The notes under the pieces are model-generated. The model saw only the letters and a list, made by a program, of their open reading frames with translations. It had not been told where the DNA came from and did no database searches. Below are positions 49,601 to 61,600 of a DNA stretch of 64,000 nt, one piece after another. Numbering within the stretch: position 1 is the stretch's first letter; each line of letters opens with the position of its first letter. Origin of the DNA: Paraspadella gotoi (Eukaryota > Animalia > Chaetognatha); the NCBI GenBank assembly GCA_051294375.1, contig CM119265.1:9496339-9560338 (forward strand). Direction: 5' to 3'. The position numbers were made by a program, and so were the translations under genes.

Positions 49601-52600
49601 CATAGACAAACCGTGACTGGACCATGTCTGAGACCCTTGAGAATCCAGCGAGCTTTGGTTCTGATTCATGACCGGAGCATATGGCAAGCGTTGCTGCTGG
49701 TTGGCATGATGGATTCCAAAGCCGGTCTGAGAAGACTGGAAGGAAAGTTGCATTCTTGGCCCAGCGAAGCCGATGGGGTTGAAGCTTGATTGAGTGGGCG
49801 GAGCTTCGGCAACGGACGGCTGCGAATAGGTGGAAGACTGTTGCATGGAAAAGGACATGGGCGCCGAGGGCGGCGGCGGCGGCGGCGGCGGTGGTCCCGC
49901 CGCCATGCTCGTCAACGACGATCCGCCGATCGAGTTGTAAGATTCGATCGATTGAGTCGAGGTCGTTTCGGCGGCGGATGCGACGTCGGGGATCTCCACC
50001 GTCTGAATCTCGCGAAGCTCGGTCTCCGTATCTTTCGGCACGAAAGGCTTTGGAGAGGCGCTGAGCGAGGTGTTCTCAGGCACCGGCGGCATGCTGGGCA
50101 TGTTTTCCCACACTTTTTTGACGGCGGCGATCTTAAGATTAAGGTCGGCCGTGCACGGAGAGATCGGCGAGAGAACATTATTGGGCGTCACGCCGCCAGC
50201 GACGGCAGCCGCGTGGGTGTTGAGCGGCAAGGTCGACGGCTGCGGCATCGGAGCAGAAGAATTCGACGGTTGTTGCTGCTGCTGCTGCTGCTGCTGCGAA
50301 TCCAAATCGATCTCCTCCGCCTTTCGCGTCTCCGCGATCTTAGCCAATTCCGCGTCGAACGTAAAGTCAAGCTTCATCTCGGAACTTTGGTCGCTGGCGA
50401 TTTTGGAGATGACGTTGCTGAAGCTCTGCAGCATCGGCTCCGATTTGGGGTCATCTTCTTCCGCGGCCGGCGCCGTCTCCAGCGAGGCTTCCTTCGTTGC
50501 TCCATTGGTCGACGCAACCGCCGCAGGAATCCCGTTCGTCTCTTCCGGCGAAGAACGCAGCGACGACATGGCGGAAGTGGGCGGGTCGCTGCTCACGTCG
50601 ACACCGCTGTCGTGTTGATCAACCTTGGTGGGAATGTCTATCGGTTTCGTCATAGTGTTGTTGTTGTTGTTGCTCACATTGTTGTTGACCGTCTTGCCCT
50701 TGTTTTCCGTCGGCGCGGGCGGAACCCAAACTCCGACCACTGGCGGAGTATCTTCAATTTTGACGGGGCCGTTTTTGATGTCGTCCTGAATCCCCCGCGC
50801 CATAGAATTGTCCCACGTTTCCATCCTGGTCGGAATGGCGAAGGGCGTCGGCGATGGGATTTGCGGCGTCGGTGCCGCGGAAGGAGGCGCCGTCGGTAAA
50901 TCGGTCTTCTTGGTCGCCGCTTCTTTCTCCTTCTGTTTAACGAGTCGCGGCGGGAGTTTGGAAAGGCGCGCCGAGCTTTTCTTCTTTCCATTGTCTTTAA
51001 CGCCGACGGCACCGGCGCTGCCTCCTCGGTTTTTTTCGTTTTTTTCGTCCACCTTGGAGAGAATCGCTGCTAACTCTTGGTCGGTTATCAGCTGCTTGAC
51101 AGTCTCCTCCTTCAGCTTCTTTTTCTCGCCCCGAGCCGCCTTTCGAGAGACCACTTTAGAAAAACCATCGTTGCCGTTGGCGTCGAAAATGAAGGACGGG
51201 TCCTCGACCGTCACTTCCGGTTGGTCGTCCACGACGACGACGCTGGCGATGTTGTTAAGGTCGATGTGGGCCAGGGGGTCGTGGTTCTGCTTAGAGTTGC
51301 TCGCCTCGGCTTCCTCGCCCGAGGACGAAGAGGAGGAAGAGTCGTCCTTGGCGTTGGTCGTCCGCTTCGCCGTCAATTCGGAGATGGCGTTCTCGATGCC
51401 TTGGGGATCGTCGAGGATGACTTGGCTCAATTGGTAAACGGTGCTTACGATGGGCGGCCCGATGTGGTTCTCGCTATTGAGAGCCACGGGCCCATCCCCG
51501 TTTTTTGGAACCGCGGAACCTTTTGGAGGATTATTGGCGCTGTTGGGCGCCGGGTTGGATGGATTGCCGCCGCCGCCACCATTCTTGCCCATGGCGCCGG
51601 CGCCACTGGCGGCCCCTTTTCCGCCGCCGTTGTTTTGGTTCTGCGACTGCTGGCCCTGCTGCTGCTGATAGGGGGCCGACTTGGAATTCGGCCGCCCGTT
51701 GATGGCCGCGGCCTTGTTGAGGGCGTTGTGGCCCCCCTCGTAAGCTCCGCCTGGTCCGCCCCGCCTCTGCCCGCCGTAATCGCGAACGTGATCACCAGGG
51801 CGTTGAGAAGCGAAGCTCTTCTTGCCACCTCGGACATAGGAACCGTCCTTGGGCGTGTTTTCCTTGCTCGATCCGCTCGGCAGGTTGCGCTTGAGATCGC
51901 TCTTCTCGCTGCTCTCCGAGGCCGTCTCCCATTCTTCCAACTCTTCGCCGCCGAGACCGGATGAGGGGCGATCGCCGCCGCCGGCCCTCATTCTACCTCC
52001 TCTTCCTCTTCCTCGAGCCCGACCGCCGCGGCCTTCCCTCTCTCTGACCCCCGTCTGTCCGCCAGAAGAACCGCTACCGACGGCTCCTAGGCCAACTCCA
52101 CCACCACCACCCCCAGCTCCACCTCCCCTCGCCTTTTTCTTCTCTTTTTCCTTAATCTCCTGTTCCTCCATCACCTGCGCATAAACCGCTTCGAAATGCG
52201 CCGACGTCGCCTGCTCCGCTGCCATTATCTCCGACGCTTGAGCGCTGCTGCCGCCTGCACCGCCGCCGCGGGAAGACGCCATGGTAGCCGTGCTGCGCGG
52301 GTAGCGGGCGTAGCTGCGGCCGCGGGATGCCGATGCAGATCCGCCGCCGCGGCCACGTCGAGAGGGCTCCCCGCGCGGCACGTACTGATCGTAGTACGTC
52401 TGCTGTTCATATCCTTGATAGTCCCATTTTTGCTGTTGTTGTTGTGGTCGTGAATCCGGGTTCTTTTTGCGTCCTCGCGAATCTTTCTGGTCGTTAATCG
52501 TTGCTTGCCCCTTTTCATCTTTGGCGTCGAGTCCGAGAACGGGTTTCACGTCGTCAGCGGAAAAAGTCTCGATCTCTTTTCGCGGGTTAAACACATTGGA

Positions 52601-55600
52601 ATCGGCGTTTCCGTCGAGGTCAACGTAATCCGGGTCCTCGTCTTTCATATCGTTGGACCACATGTTAGACTTTTGCCGCTTGGCGCCTCTGCCGCCGCCG
52701 CCAACAATTTTTCCGCCTCTTCCGCCTCGTCCGGCGCGAGCGCTGATGACCTCGCGCCCGCCACGTCCTCCTCGGCGCCCACTTGAAGCGCGTTCGCCGC
52801 CGGCTCCGCGGCCAGCACTGCCGGCGTAGTATTCTCCGCCGTAATAATTTTCGGGTATATCTCGCTTCTTAGAGGAAGCTTTGGTGCCGTCGGCTTGGCG
52901 GTCATAACCGCCGACTGCGCCCCCGCCGCGGCGACTCAGGTCTCCAACGGCTGCCATCTTTTTGACACCGCCCTTTGCGCCGAGAGCGCCGCTTGTACCG
53001 CCGAGCTTATCGTCCAGCTCTTTCGTCTTATCCGGCGGTAACTCGGGAATCTGAGACATGAGGGGCGGAATGTGGGACGTCGATGGCGCCACCGAAGTTG
53101 ACGATGACGACGACGCGGATTTCTTGTCGCCGGAAGCGTCCTTGTCATCGCCGAAACGGCCGATCTTGGTTGGAAAACCGTCGGCAGTCGGTTTGTCGGC
53201 GCCGCTACCGCCAGTAGCGTCTACGTTTGTACCGCCCATTCCGCGCTTTAGAGGAGTCGGCTGATTGTAGTAGGCGTGGTCCTCTTGAATTCGCTGCGAG
53301 GATATCGGTGGCGGCGCGTTGAACTGTTGCCGATTTCCGACGCCTCCTTTGCGATTATCGCGAGGCATAACGGGAGGCGGAGGCTGGTTTTGACTTTTGT
53401 TCGACGAGTTCCTTTAGATAAAATTTATTTTTTTAAAACTTTTTTAATCTTATTTATAAAAAAAAAATTACAAGTAGACCCATTTTAGATTAAATCATTC
53501 ATCAAAATTTTTTTACAATTCATAACACGTCTTTTAATTTTTTTTTTTAGCTTAAAAGAAAGTTGATGATAAATAGGTATTAGGTACAAAATTAAAAAAA
53601 AAACTTGAAAAAATCATCATCATTTGATGAATTTTAGTTCTTGTATGAGATGTATTCTTAAAATATTATTGAATAAGTTCATCATTCTCATTTGCATATA
53701 TTAATAAATTATCATTAGAGTAATAATAATATATAATTCATAACTTTAGCCCCGCGCATTTATTTTCGCTAATAAAACGTAGGAATTTGAAAAAAAAAGA
53801 AATAACTTTTATCTATCTTTTACATGGTGACAATTTTACAAGCGCCGGTAAAAAAACTCTGTCATTTGCAAACCAGTGGTTATTTCATTGATTTTAAAAA
53901 TTAGTTGAGTAGAACATATTTTTATTTTCCAACTCACTATTTTTAAATTCAATTTTTTTTTTAACTTTTAGCACTTTTTTAAACAAAGTATTTATTAAAA
54001 TATTAACAATATTAATATCCTCAGGAAGCCCTTAAAAATATGAAGAGAATGATATACTTACAAAAGCTAACATAAAAAGTGAGCTGCCCAGCCTTGGTTC
54101 AATTAAGAGTGTCAAAAGTGAATTATTTAAATTTTAAATTTTTTTTTTAAATATATGACCTGTTTAAATTATTATAATATAAAATATTATTATTTATATA
54201 AGTATCATGAAAGAGCCTGAGAAAAAAAGATTTAAGATAGCCAATCACAATTTGATAAATATCATAAATTTACTCTCCAAATATTGATTTTTGAAAATAT
54301 GTATCGTTTTAGAGTATCCTAATTAAATTAAAGCTGGGCCGGTTAAATTTTATACTACAGTATTTGTAGGTACGTAATTTGCTTTAGATTTGAAAGGGCT
54401 TTCAGAAGATAATAAAATTTTTAATTCCTTTAGGGAATATTAATTCTATATCGGTCCGCCCCCATCGCCACGAAATGCCCTTTTGTTCGCGCTAGTCGAT
54501 AGGATCGCGCGTTATCAGAGTAAGAAAAAACGAACAAAATAAAATCGAAAGATGCAAAAAAGAAAAACCAGGGAATGCCGTCACTGTGCCGGCCTTGAAC
54601 AATGGAAGCCCGGCAAATCCCAAGCCGGCTCCCTCCCTCTCCGGGTATACGGAAGCCTCAAACGTCCCTAGAAGAACCCGGAGGGGCGCTCACGCGACGT
54701 CCCTGCAGTGGAAACGGAAGAAAGTCTGCGCGCCAGACCCAATCTCCGCGCCGGAAGAAGACGCCAAGATCCATTCCGCGGGCAAGGCGTCGAGACCACC
54801 ATAGCGGCGTCGACCCCGGGGCCGCAGAAACGTCCGCCTCCAGAAAAGTTCCTTGAGATGGAGGCGAACGCTGCGTCGAAGCTGGCGAAGAGGCGGCGCG
54901 GGAGCGCGAAAGGAAAATCGTGCGGGCGGCGCCAATTCCGAACGCAGAGAGAGCCAATTGCGCAGCGCCTGAACCGGGCAACGATCTGAGAGCGGCAGTT
55001 GAATCGAGACGGAACGCCGGACCCCTGTGTCCGCCCTGTCCGTATTCGAGAGCGTCGATGGAACAGACGAACGTGAACTGCCGCTAAGGAAAGATAGCCG
55101 CGTCGCAACGAAGAGAGACGATCTCTGGAGGCGACGAGCTGACGCTAAGCGACGAGAAGGAGCGAGCGTCGTAGAAGATCCCTCGGCGCTATCGGAAGTG
55201 GCGCCGAGTCGATGTATATGCGTAAAACCGAGGCCGCATTCCACGTGGGGAAATCGACGTGAGGGAGGGCGTCTCTCGAAAACTCCTTGAGAAGGCGCCA
55301 GACCAAAAGAAGCTCTCCAACCGGCGCTCCCGCCAGGGGGGGAGAGAAGCTGAGACGCCGATCTGTGCTGTACGAGAGGCCCTTCTCGCACGGAAGACCG
55401 AGATAACGTAGAACATCTCTAGAGAGGCTTGAGATCCTCGAACTCTCTATCCTGAAGGAAGTCGCAGAGGTAGCACCAAGCTCTGGCGAGGAGCTCTCTG
55501 GTAGAGCTCTCCAGCTGTCGACGATGACGGAGAAGTGGAGTCGTCGATGTCGGAGAGATTGTGGCACCGCCTAAAATCCTCCAGACGACGAGCCTGAAGC

Positions 55601-58600
55601 GATCCGCCTGCGGAGGCGGAAGTCCGGACACGCGATGTCGACGACGAGGTTCTCGCGCCGGAAGGCGCCTCGCGTCCAGATCCGAAAGAGAAGTAGGCTC
55701 GGGAACCACTTCTGAGCCGCCAAAACGGGGTGATCAGGAGAAGGGAGCCCTCGCCTTCTCCAGCCTGCGGATCACCAAATCAACAGAGGAGGGGGAGGCA
55801 GGAGATAGGCCAGGTTCGAAGCCCAGCGTTGCGCCAAGGCGTCTATCCCCTCCGCCTCCGGCGTCGCCTCCAGGCGAAAAAAACGTGGAACTTGAGCCGA
55901 CCGGGGAGTCGCGAAAAGATCGAAGCTGGGGAGACCGAGATGTCGACCATCTGATGGGAACTCTCGAAGGAGTTCCCAGTCCGTCACCTTGCGGCCCCTC
56001 GACGCCACGGCCGTGATGAGAATCTCCTCCGAAGAGAGAGGAACTCCTGCTGTAGCCCCGACGAAGGCAGGTGAGAGAACCGAGGCTGACCGTCTTCAAG
56101 GGATGGACGCGCCGTGGAAGGAAGCTCCGAATCGTTGGAGGAAGATCTTCAGAACTGTGAACTCCTACATTGATAGGAAAGGGGCAACCGCAGTCGACAG
56201 GTTCCCTCGACCTGGCCATCCTGCGACGAAGCATCCGTCATCTCCTTCCAGCGTGCAGTCCTCCGGGAGGAGGTCGTCAGATCGGAGCGAAGCACTGGTC
56301 TGGAGAAAGGACTGCGATTCCAACCGCAGCTCTCATCGCCGCGAGTGGAGAGAACAACGCGGTCGAGATCCTTCTCCGACTTGTAGACGCGAAAGACGTC
56401 TCGTGGAATCCTCGAAGACCGGCAACGTAGGCAGCGAACTGCCATGGACGCCGCCGTCGAATGGCCCAGAAGCTGAAGGCACTGACGAGCACGTGGTGCG
56501 GTCGTTGGCAAGGATTCTCCGCGAGAGAGCGAAGAGCCGTAATTTTCGTCTCGCGGGGCGCGATGGAGTGGGAGAGGCTGTCCAAACCAAGCGAGAAAAT
56601 CGAACTGAGAGGGAGACAGGCTCGACTTCTGAAGGTGATGATGAACCCCGCCTCCTGAGTAGCCACACCGCCTTCCGAGTGGCTCGGTCGACAATCGTCC
56701 GCCGAGGAAACAGGATCAAAGATGTCGTCTAAATAAAAAAGGACATCGGAATCCCTGTGGGCGGAGCCACTGGACTAAAGGACCCCGTCGTCTGGTGAAA
56801 AAGCCAAGGGCCCGTCGGGAGGCCGAATGGAAGGACTCTGTCTGTAGATGCGGCTTCCAAGGAAGCGGCAAAAAATCCGATGATCCTCGTGGATCGGGAG
56901 AAGGAGAAAAGCATCTTCGAAGGTCTACCGAGGACAACCAAGCAACGCCTCGTACGAAACATCCTTCGTAAGTCCGGGGCTTCCTTCCGGTTCCGGAAAT
57001 AAAATCGCGCGAAAAGGGAAAGAGAGCTGAGTCTTTTTTTTTTTTTTTTTTTTTTACAGTTCAAAATCAGCACGCGCCAGCCTCCACTATTCTCGTCCAA
57101 CGAGGAAAACATAGGAAGAAAACACCGACGGAGAAACCGGACTACCTCGATGGCGTGCTCAGCGCTTCTGCATATGCGCATACAGCGCGACCGCAATTGC
57201 GCCGATTCCGCGTCGACCATGAGGCGTCAACGGTCCCCCAATAAGACGTGTCGTCGGCGAGGTGAAGATGGAAGCGTGCTGAACTGCTTCGCCCCCCATC
57301 GGAGAACGGAATCCCGAAGAAGATCATACGGAGAATGGGCGAACGTCTCGGCTCAACGAATGTCGTACCAAAAGGGTTGAAGGAGACGAAGCCGACTTCC
57401 GACAGGGGGCTACCGGAAGAAGCGCCGGCGTGGGAAAGGTCGTGGTCGAGACTCGAGTCCGATGGGCGGATCCAGGCCTAAACCTGGGCGGTCGGACGAG
57501 GCGCGACCGCGAGGGAGGGATCCAGTTTCGGAGTCATTCGCCGGGTGATATGCGAGTCCAGCCCTGTTCCCGTCTCCCGTATTCTTGCGGGGAACAGACT
57601 TCTTGGTCCTTGGCGCTTGAAGGAAGCACTTCGAGCGGAAACGAGGGCGCTTGTGCTGTGCAACGGGGGTTTTGGCCGATGCGATCGTTTCGTAAAGCGT
57701 CGAAGTTGAGCGCGCTCCACCGTGCGGCTCCTGAACCCAAAAGGAAGATGCGTGGGCGCGTGCGAGAAAGCGTGGCGCGGAGATCCCTCGCGGCGCCACA
57801 GCGGGTAGCTTGGCGGCGGGATCGCGCCGACTGAAAGACGTTGAGGGACGCCGCTTGAAAAGGAGCCGCGTCCGTGAAGCGGAGGCGGCAGGGCGTCAAA
57901 CGCTAGCGCTTGACCTCATTTCTGGACGAGCGGACGGAGAGCTCCTTGATTCCGCGCAGACTCATCGACAACTGTAAGGATGGCATGCGCGGAGCGCCGT
58001 TCTCCTGCATCGCACGTGAAAAGGAGCGGAGAGTAGCCGCGTTATTCCCCTTTGGAAAACGCCGACTCGAATTGAGCGGAGAGGCAGCGGTCCGGCGTCG
58101 AGCGGTGAACTCGCGAGGAAGAAGCGACGTCGATCCAGTGGCGTATACTGCCGATCGCTGGGCGTCCCAGCGAGTTCCAGTAGGCCGTGAGAAGAGCCCT
58201 TCCCCAACGCAGCGAAGAGAACGCCACAAGTAATGAACCTGAAGCCGGCGCTGAACGCTGTCGTGGGCAGGAAGCCGTCGAAACCGCCGACGTCGTCATC
58301 CGAAGACGAAACTTCTCCCTCCTGCCGCCGAATCGGAGGAGTCCTTGGCGTCCGGAATCCGGCAGCTGTGTGGGATCGATGACGCTTGGGTAGAGGCGAG
58401 ACCGTGTGACGTCCGAGGCGGCGCGCCCGATCTGAGAGGGGGCCGCCTACTGGACGTCGGAACAGCATGGAAGGAAATGAGACTCGTCAAACGAGGCAGA
58501 AGCGTAGTGGAGAGAAAAAACGCGGACCCGATATGGAATCGTCACATGTAAAAAAAACGTAAGCGGTAAAACAAATTAAGCGCGAGAATTAAAACGGAAA

Positions 58601-61600
58601 AACTCCCGAACCCCCCCCCCCTCCCTTCTCACCCAACCCCCTTTCCTAAGCCACGCCAAAGCCACGAAAAAAACATGGTAGGAGACAAAAGGGGGCGACG
58701 GTGGGATCGGTGGCGAGGGCGGACCGATATAGAATTAATTTCCCTAGAAGGAAATTAAAAATTCTCATATCGGTCCGCCTCGGCCACGAAATGAGCCCAA
58801 TGCCAAGAGCGCGGAGGAAATGCGGTTTTTCAACAAAAATATTTCGATCGAATCAGACGAATAAAAATTCTAAAAATTTCAAAATCGAATAATCGAAAAA
58901 AGAAGAAAAAATAAAGGAGAAACAAAGAGGGAGGCGAGCGTTGAAAAACGAGCTAAAGACCCCCACTACGCCATCTGGCGGGAAAAACTCACCGCCCCCA
59001 AAGCGTCGAAACGCCCGCTCGAGACTCGCTTGGCGAAATTCGTCGAAATCCTTCCTAAAGCTGTTCAGTGACGAAACCATCGTCGTAAAGGACAGACTCC
59101 AGATCTCTGGTCACCGTCATCCGGCAGTGGGGAATGACCAGACCGGCCGCCACTTGGTCCGAGAGCAGCGAGAGAGGGCGCCTGGACAAACGCCAGCACC
59201 TGCTCGGTCGCGGGCAAACGGAAATTGTCGTTTTGGTACGGGCCGAGTCCCACAAAACCGACGGAATCGGGCTCGAAACCAGGTAAAAGGGGGAGGAAAG
59301 CGGTGGTCGGTGGGGCCAGGTGCGGCGGGGGCGAGACGCGCATCGGTCTCTCTGACCTGCTTCAAGCCCCCGAGGGATCTCCAGTCCCTTTCTACGGTTT
59401 AGAGACAGTGTCCGAAACGTTTTCGGCTGTCGGACTTCTTGTCCGAGGAACGTTCTGTCTCGTACTGAATGACTTCTAATGAGCGGTTGAATCGATGGGG
59501 GGTACGGTTTAAGATATACGAAAAATCGTGAAAAGTCAACGAAAACGCGAAAATCAGAAAGGATACAACCGAACTAGATGAGCGCGAAAAAACGAATTGG
59601 GCTTCCGTATACCCGATGAGGGAGGGAGCCGGCTTGGATTTGCCGGGCTCCATTGGTCAAGGCCGGTCACGTCGACTGGCATTCCCTGGTTTTCTTTTTT
59701 TGGCATCTTTCGATGTTATTTTGTTCAGTTTTTCTTACTGCTGATAAACGCCGACGAAAACATACTATCGACTAGCGCGAAACAAAAGGGCATTTCGATG
59801 CGAGGCGGACCGATATGAGAATTAATATTATTTTTTTTTCAATTTTCTTTAGAAAACTTAAGAGGAAATTAAGAGAAAATAATTGAATCTAAAAAAAGTG
59901 AGTTGAAAAATGAAACTCGATTTTACAAGCCAATTTTCTCCACACATTGTCAAGACATATCTTAACTGATCAATATAAAATTTTAACACATGTATAACTT
60001 TAATATGTTCTACTCAATCAATTTTTAAAATCAATGAAATAACCACTGGTTTGCAAATGACAGCGTTTTTTTACCGGCTCTTGTAAAATTGTCCCCATGT
60101 ATGCTCTATCAGATTTTCATAGCAATAAAATTGATAATAGCTTCGTGCATTCAACATAACATTGAAGATAAGTAATAAAACCATTAAAATTTTTAGTCGG
60201 ATCTGCTTATCAGCAGATCCCGACTCTATAATTCGCTTTGTCGGTCCGTTGGTCCGCCCCCTCAATATTGTCGGGCACTAACTTATATCATGTCAGAACA
60301 TCGAATTATGATAAATTATGCAAAAAAAAATGATGTCCGTCCGTCCGTCCCGCAAAAAACACCAATTACTCGTGATTGGATGGATGGATTTGAATGAAAT
60401 TTTGTGTGTGGGTAGGGAAGTGTGTGATTGAGCTGGATATAAAGTTTCGATGGAATCGTCCGAGTGGAAATGAGTTTAAATGGAAAAAACAAAAAACCTG
60501 TTTTTTTTCCCTTTTATATTAAATGTATATGCAGGATGTATTAATAAATCAAATAATTAATCGGTTAATTAATCAATTAGTCAATTAATTAATCACTAAT
60601 TAATTAATCAGTCAATCAATCCGTCCATCCGTCCCACCTTATCAAAAAGCCCCAATAACTCGTTATTGGCTGGTTGGATCGGAATGAAATTTTGTGTATG
60701 GGTAGGAACATGTGTGATGAAGCTGGATATAAAGTTTCGACGGAATCGTGTGAGTGGATACGAGTTTAAATTGAAAAAACATAAGTCACATTTACTAAAA
60801 TTTTTTTACTTATTTTAACCAATAAATACTCTAATTAATCATAATTGGATGGATAGATTGAGTTCAAATTTTGTGTGTGGGTAGGAAAATGTGTGACGAA
60901 GCTTGATATAGTTTCAGTACGAGTGGAAATGAGTTTAAATGAAAAAAATATGAGTCACATTTACTTGACTCTTTTTACTTATTTTAACCCATAATAGATT
61001 GAGATGAAATTTTGTGAGCGGGAAGGAAAGTGTGTGAAGAAGCTAGATATAAAGTTTTGACGGAATTGTGCCAGTGGAAATGAGTTTAAATGGAAAAAAT
61101 ATAAGTCACATTTACTTTATTTTAAGGACATTGATGATGATAAGCTCTATATAAATTTAGAATTAATTATTAAATATTAAAATTAATTAATTAATCAATC
61201 GATTAATTAATTTTCGTAGGCAGATCCGACATTGTTTGCTCAAACTTGTTAAGGTGTTAACAGACACACAGACACACATTTTTAAAGTCGCGACTCCATC
61301 TCACTCCTGATAACAGAAAAAAAAAGGTCTTGACTCAAACTCACCTTCCACCCCTTTGATTCCTTTGACCCAAGGAAGCGTCACACTTCTCCTCCCCGTT
61401 CCTCTCCATCTCCTCGCTCCACGTCATCTCGACTCCAGCGTCGAGTCCGCCCAGCTCCGAACCGGACTTGGCCGAATGCGCCGACTCCCGGCCGGATCGT
61501 TCTCCCGGCGCCGCAGAGCCGTCGGGTCGAAGCAGCTTCTCGTGAGAGGTCGATCTGGGTGAAAGTATTGGAAAGTGAAAGTAATGGGAGTTTAATACAA

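Larger units (their letters stand above)
53821..60101. mobile_element. Non-autonomous TIR DNA element (~100-bp terminal inverted repeats 53821-53920 / 60002-60101), split by the DIRS insertion
   Basis: TACATGGTGACAATTTTACAAGCGCCGGTAAAAAAA...GAGTAGAACATATT is mirrored at the right end; a further IR pairs ~53921-53955 with ~59881-59915; possible TA target duplication. Confidence 0.8.

Noticed and set aside
48512-53488. Numerous + strand ORFs up to 369 aa
   Set aside because: Antisense shadows of the GC-rich PRRC2 giant exon; no recognisable domains.
54660-58500. DIRS frameshifts as programmed recoding or proof of ancient decay
   Set aside because: Indels are dense and also separate the two ITRs and the ICR, so sequencing error cannot be distinguished from decay.
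60360-61120. Regularly spaced repeats resembling a CRISPR or satellite array
   Set aside because: Units are >100 bp, divergent and enclosed by Helentron-type subTIRs; they are internal repeats of that element.
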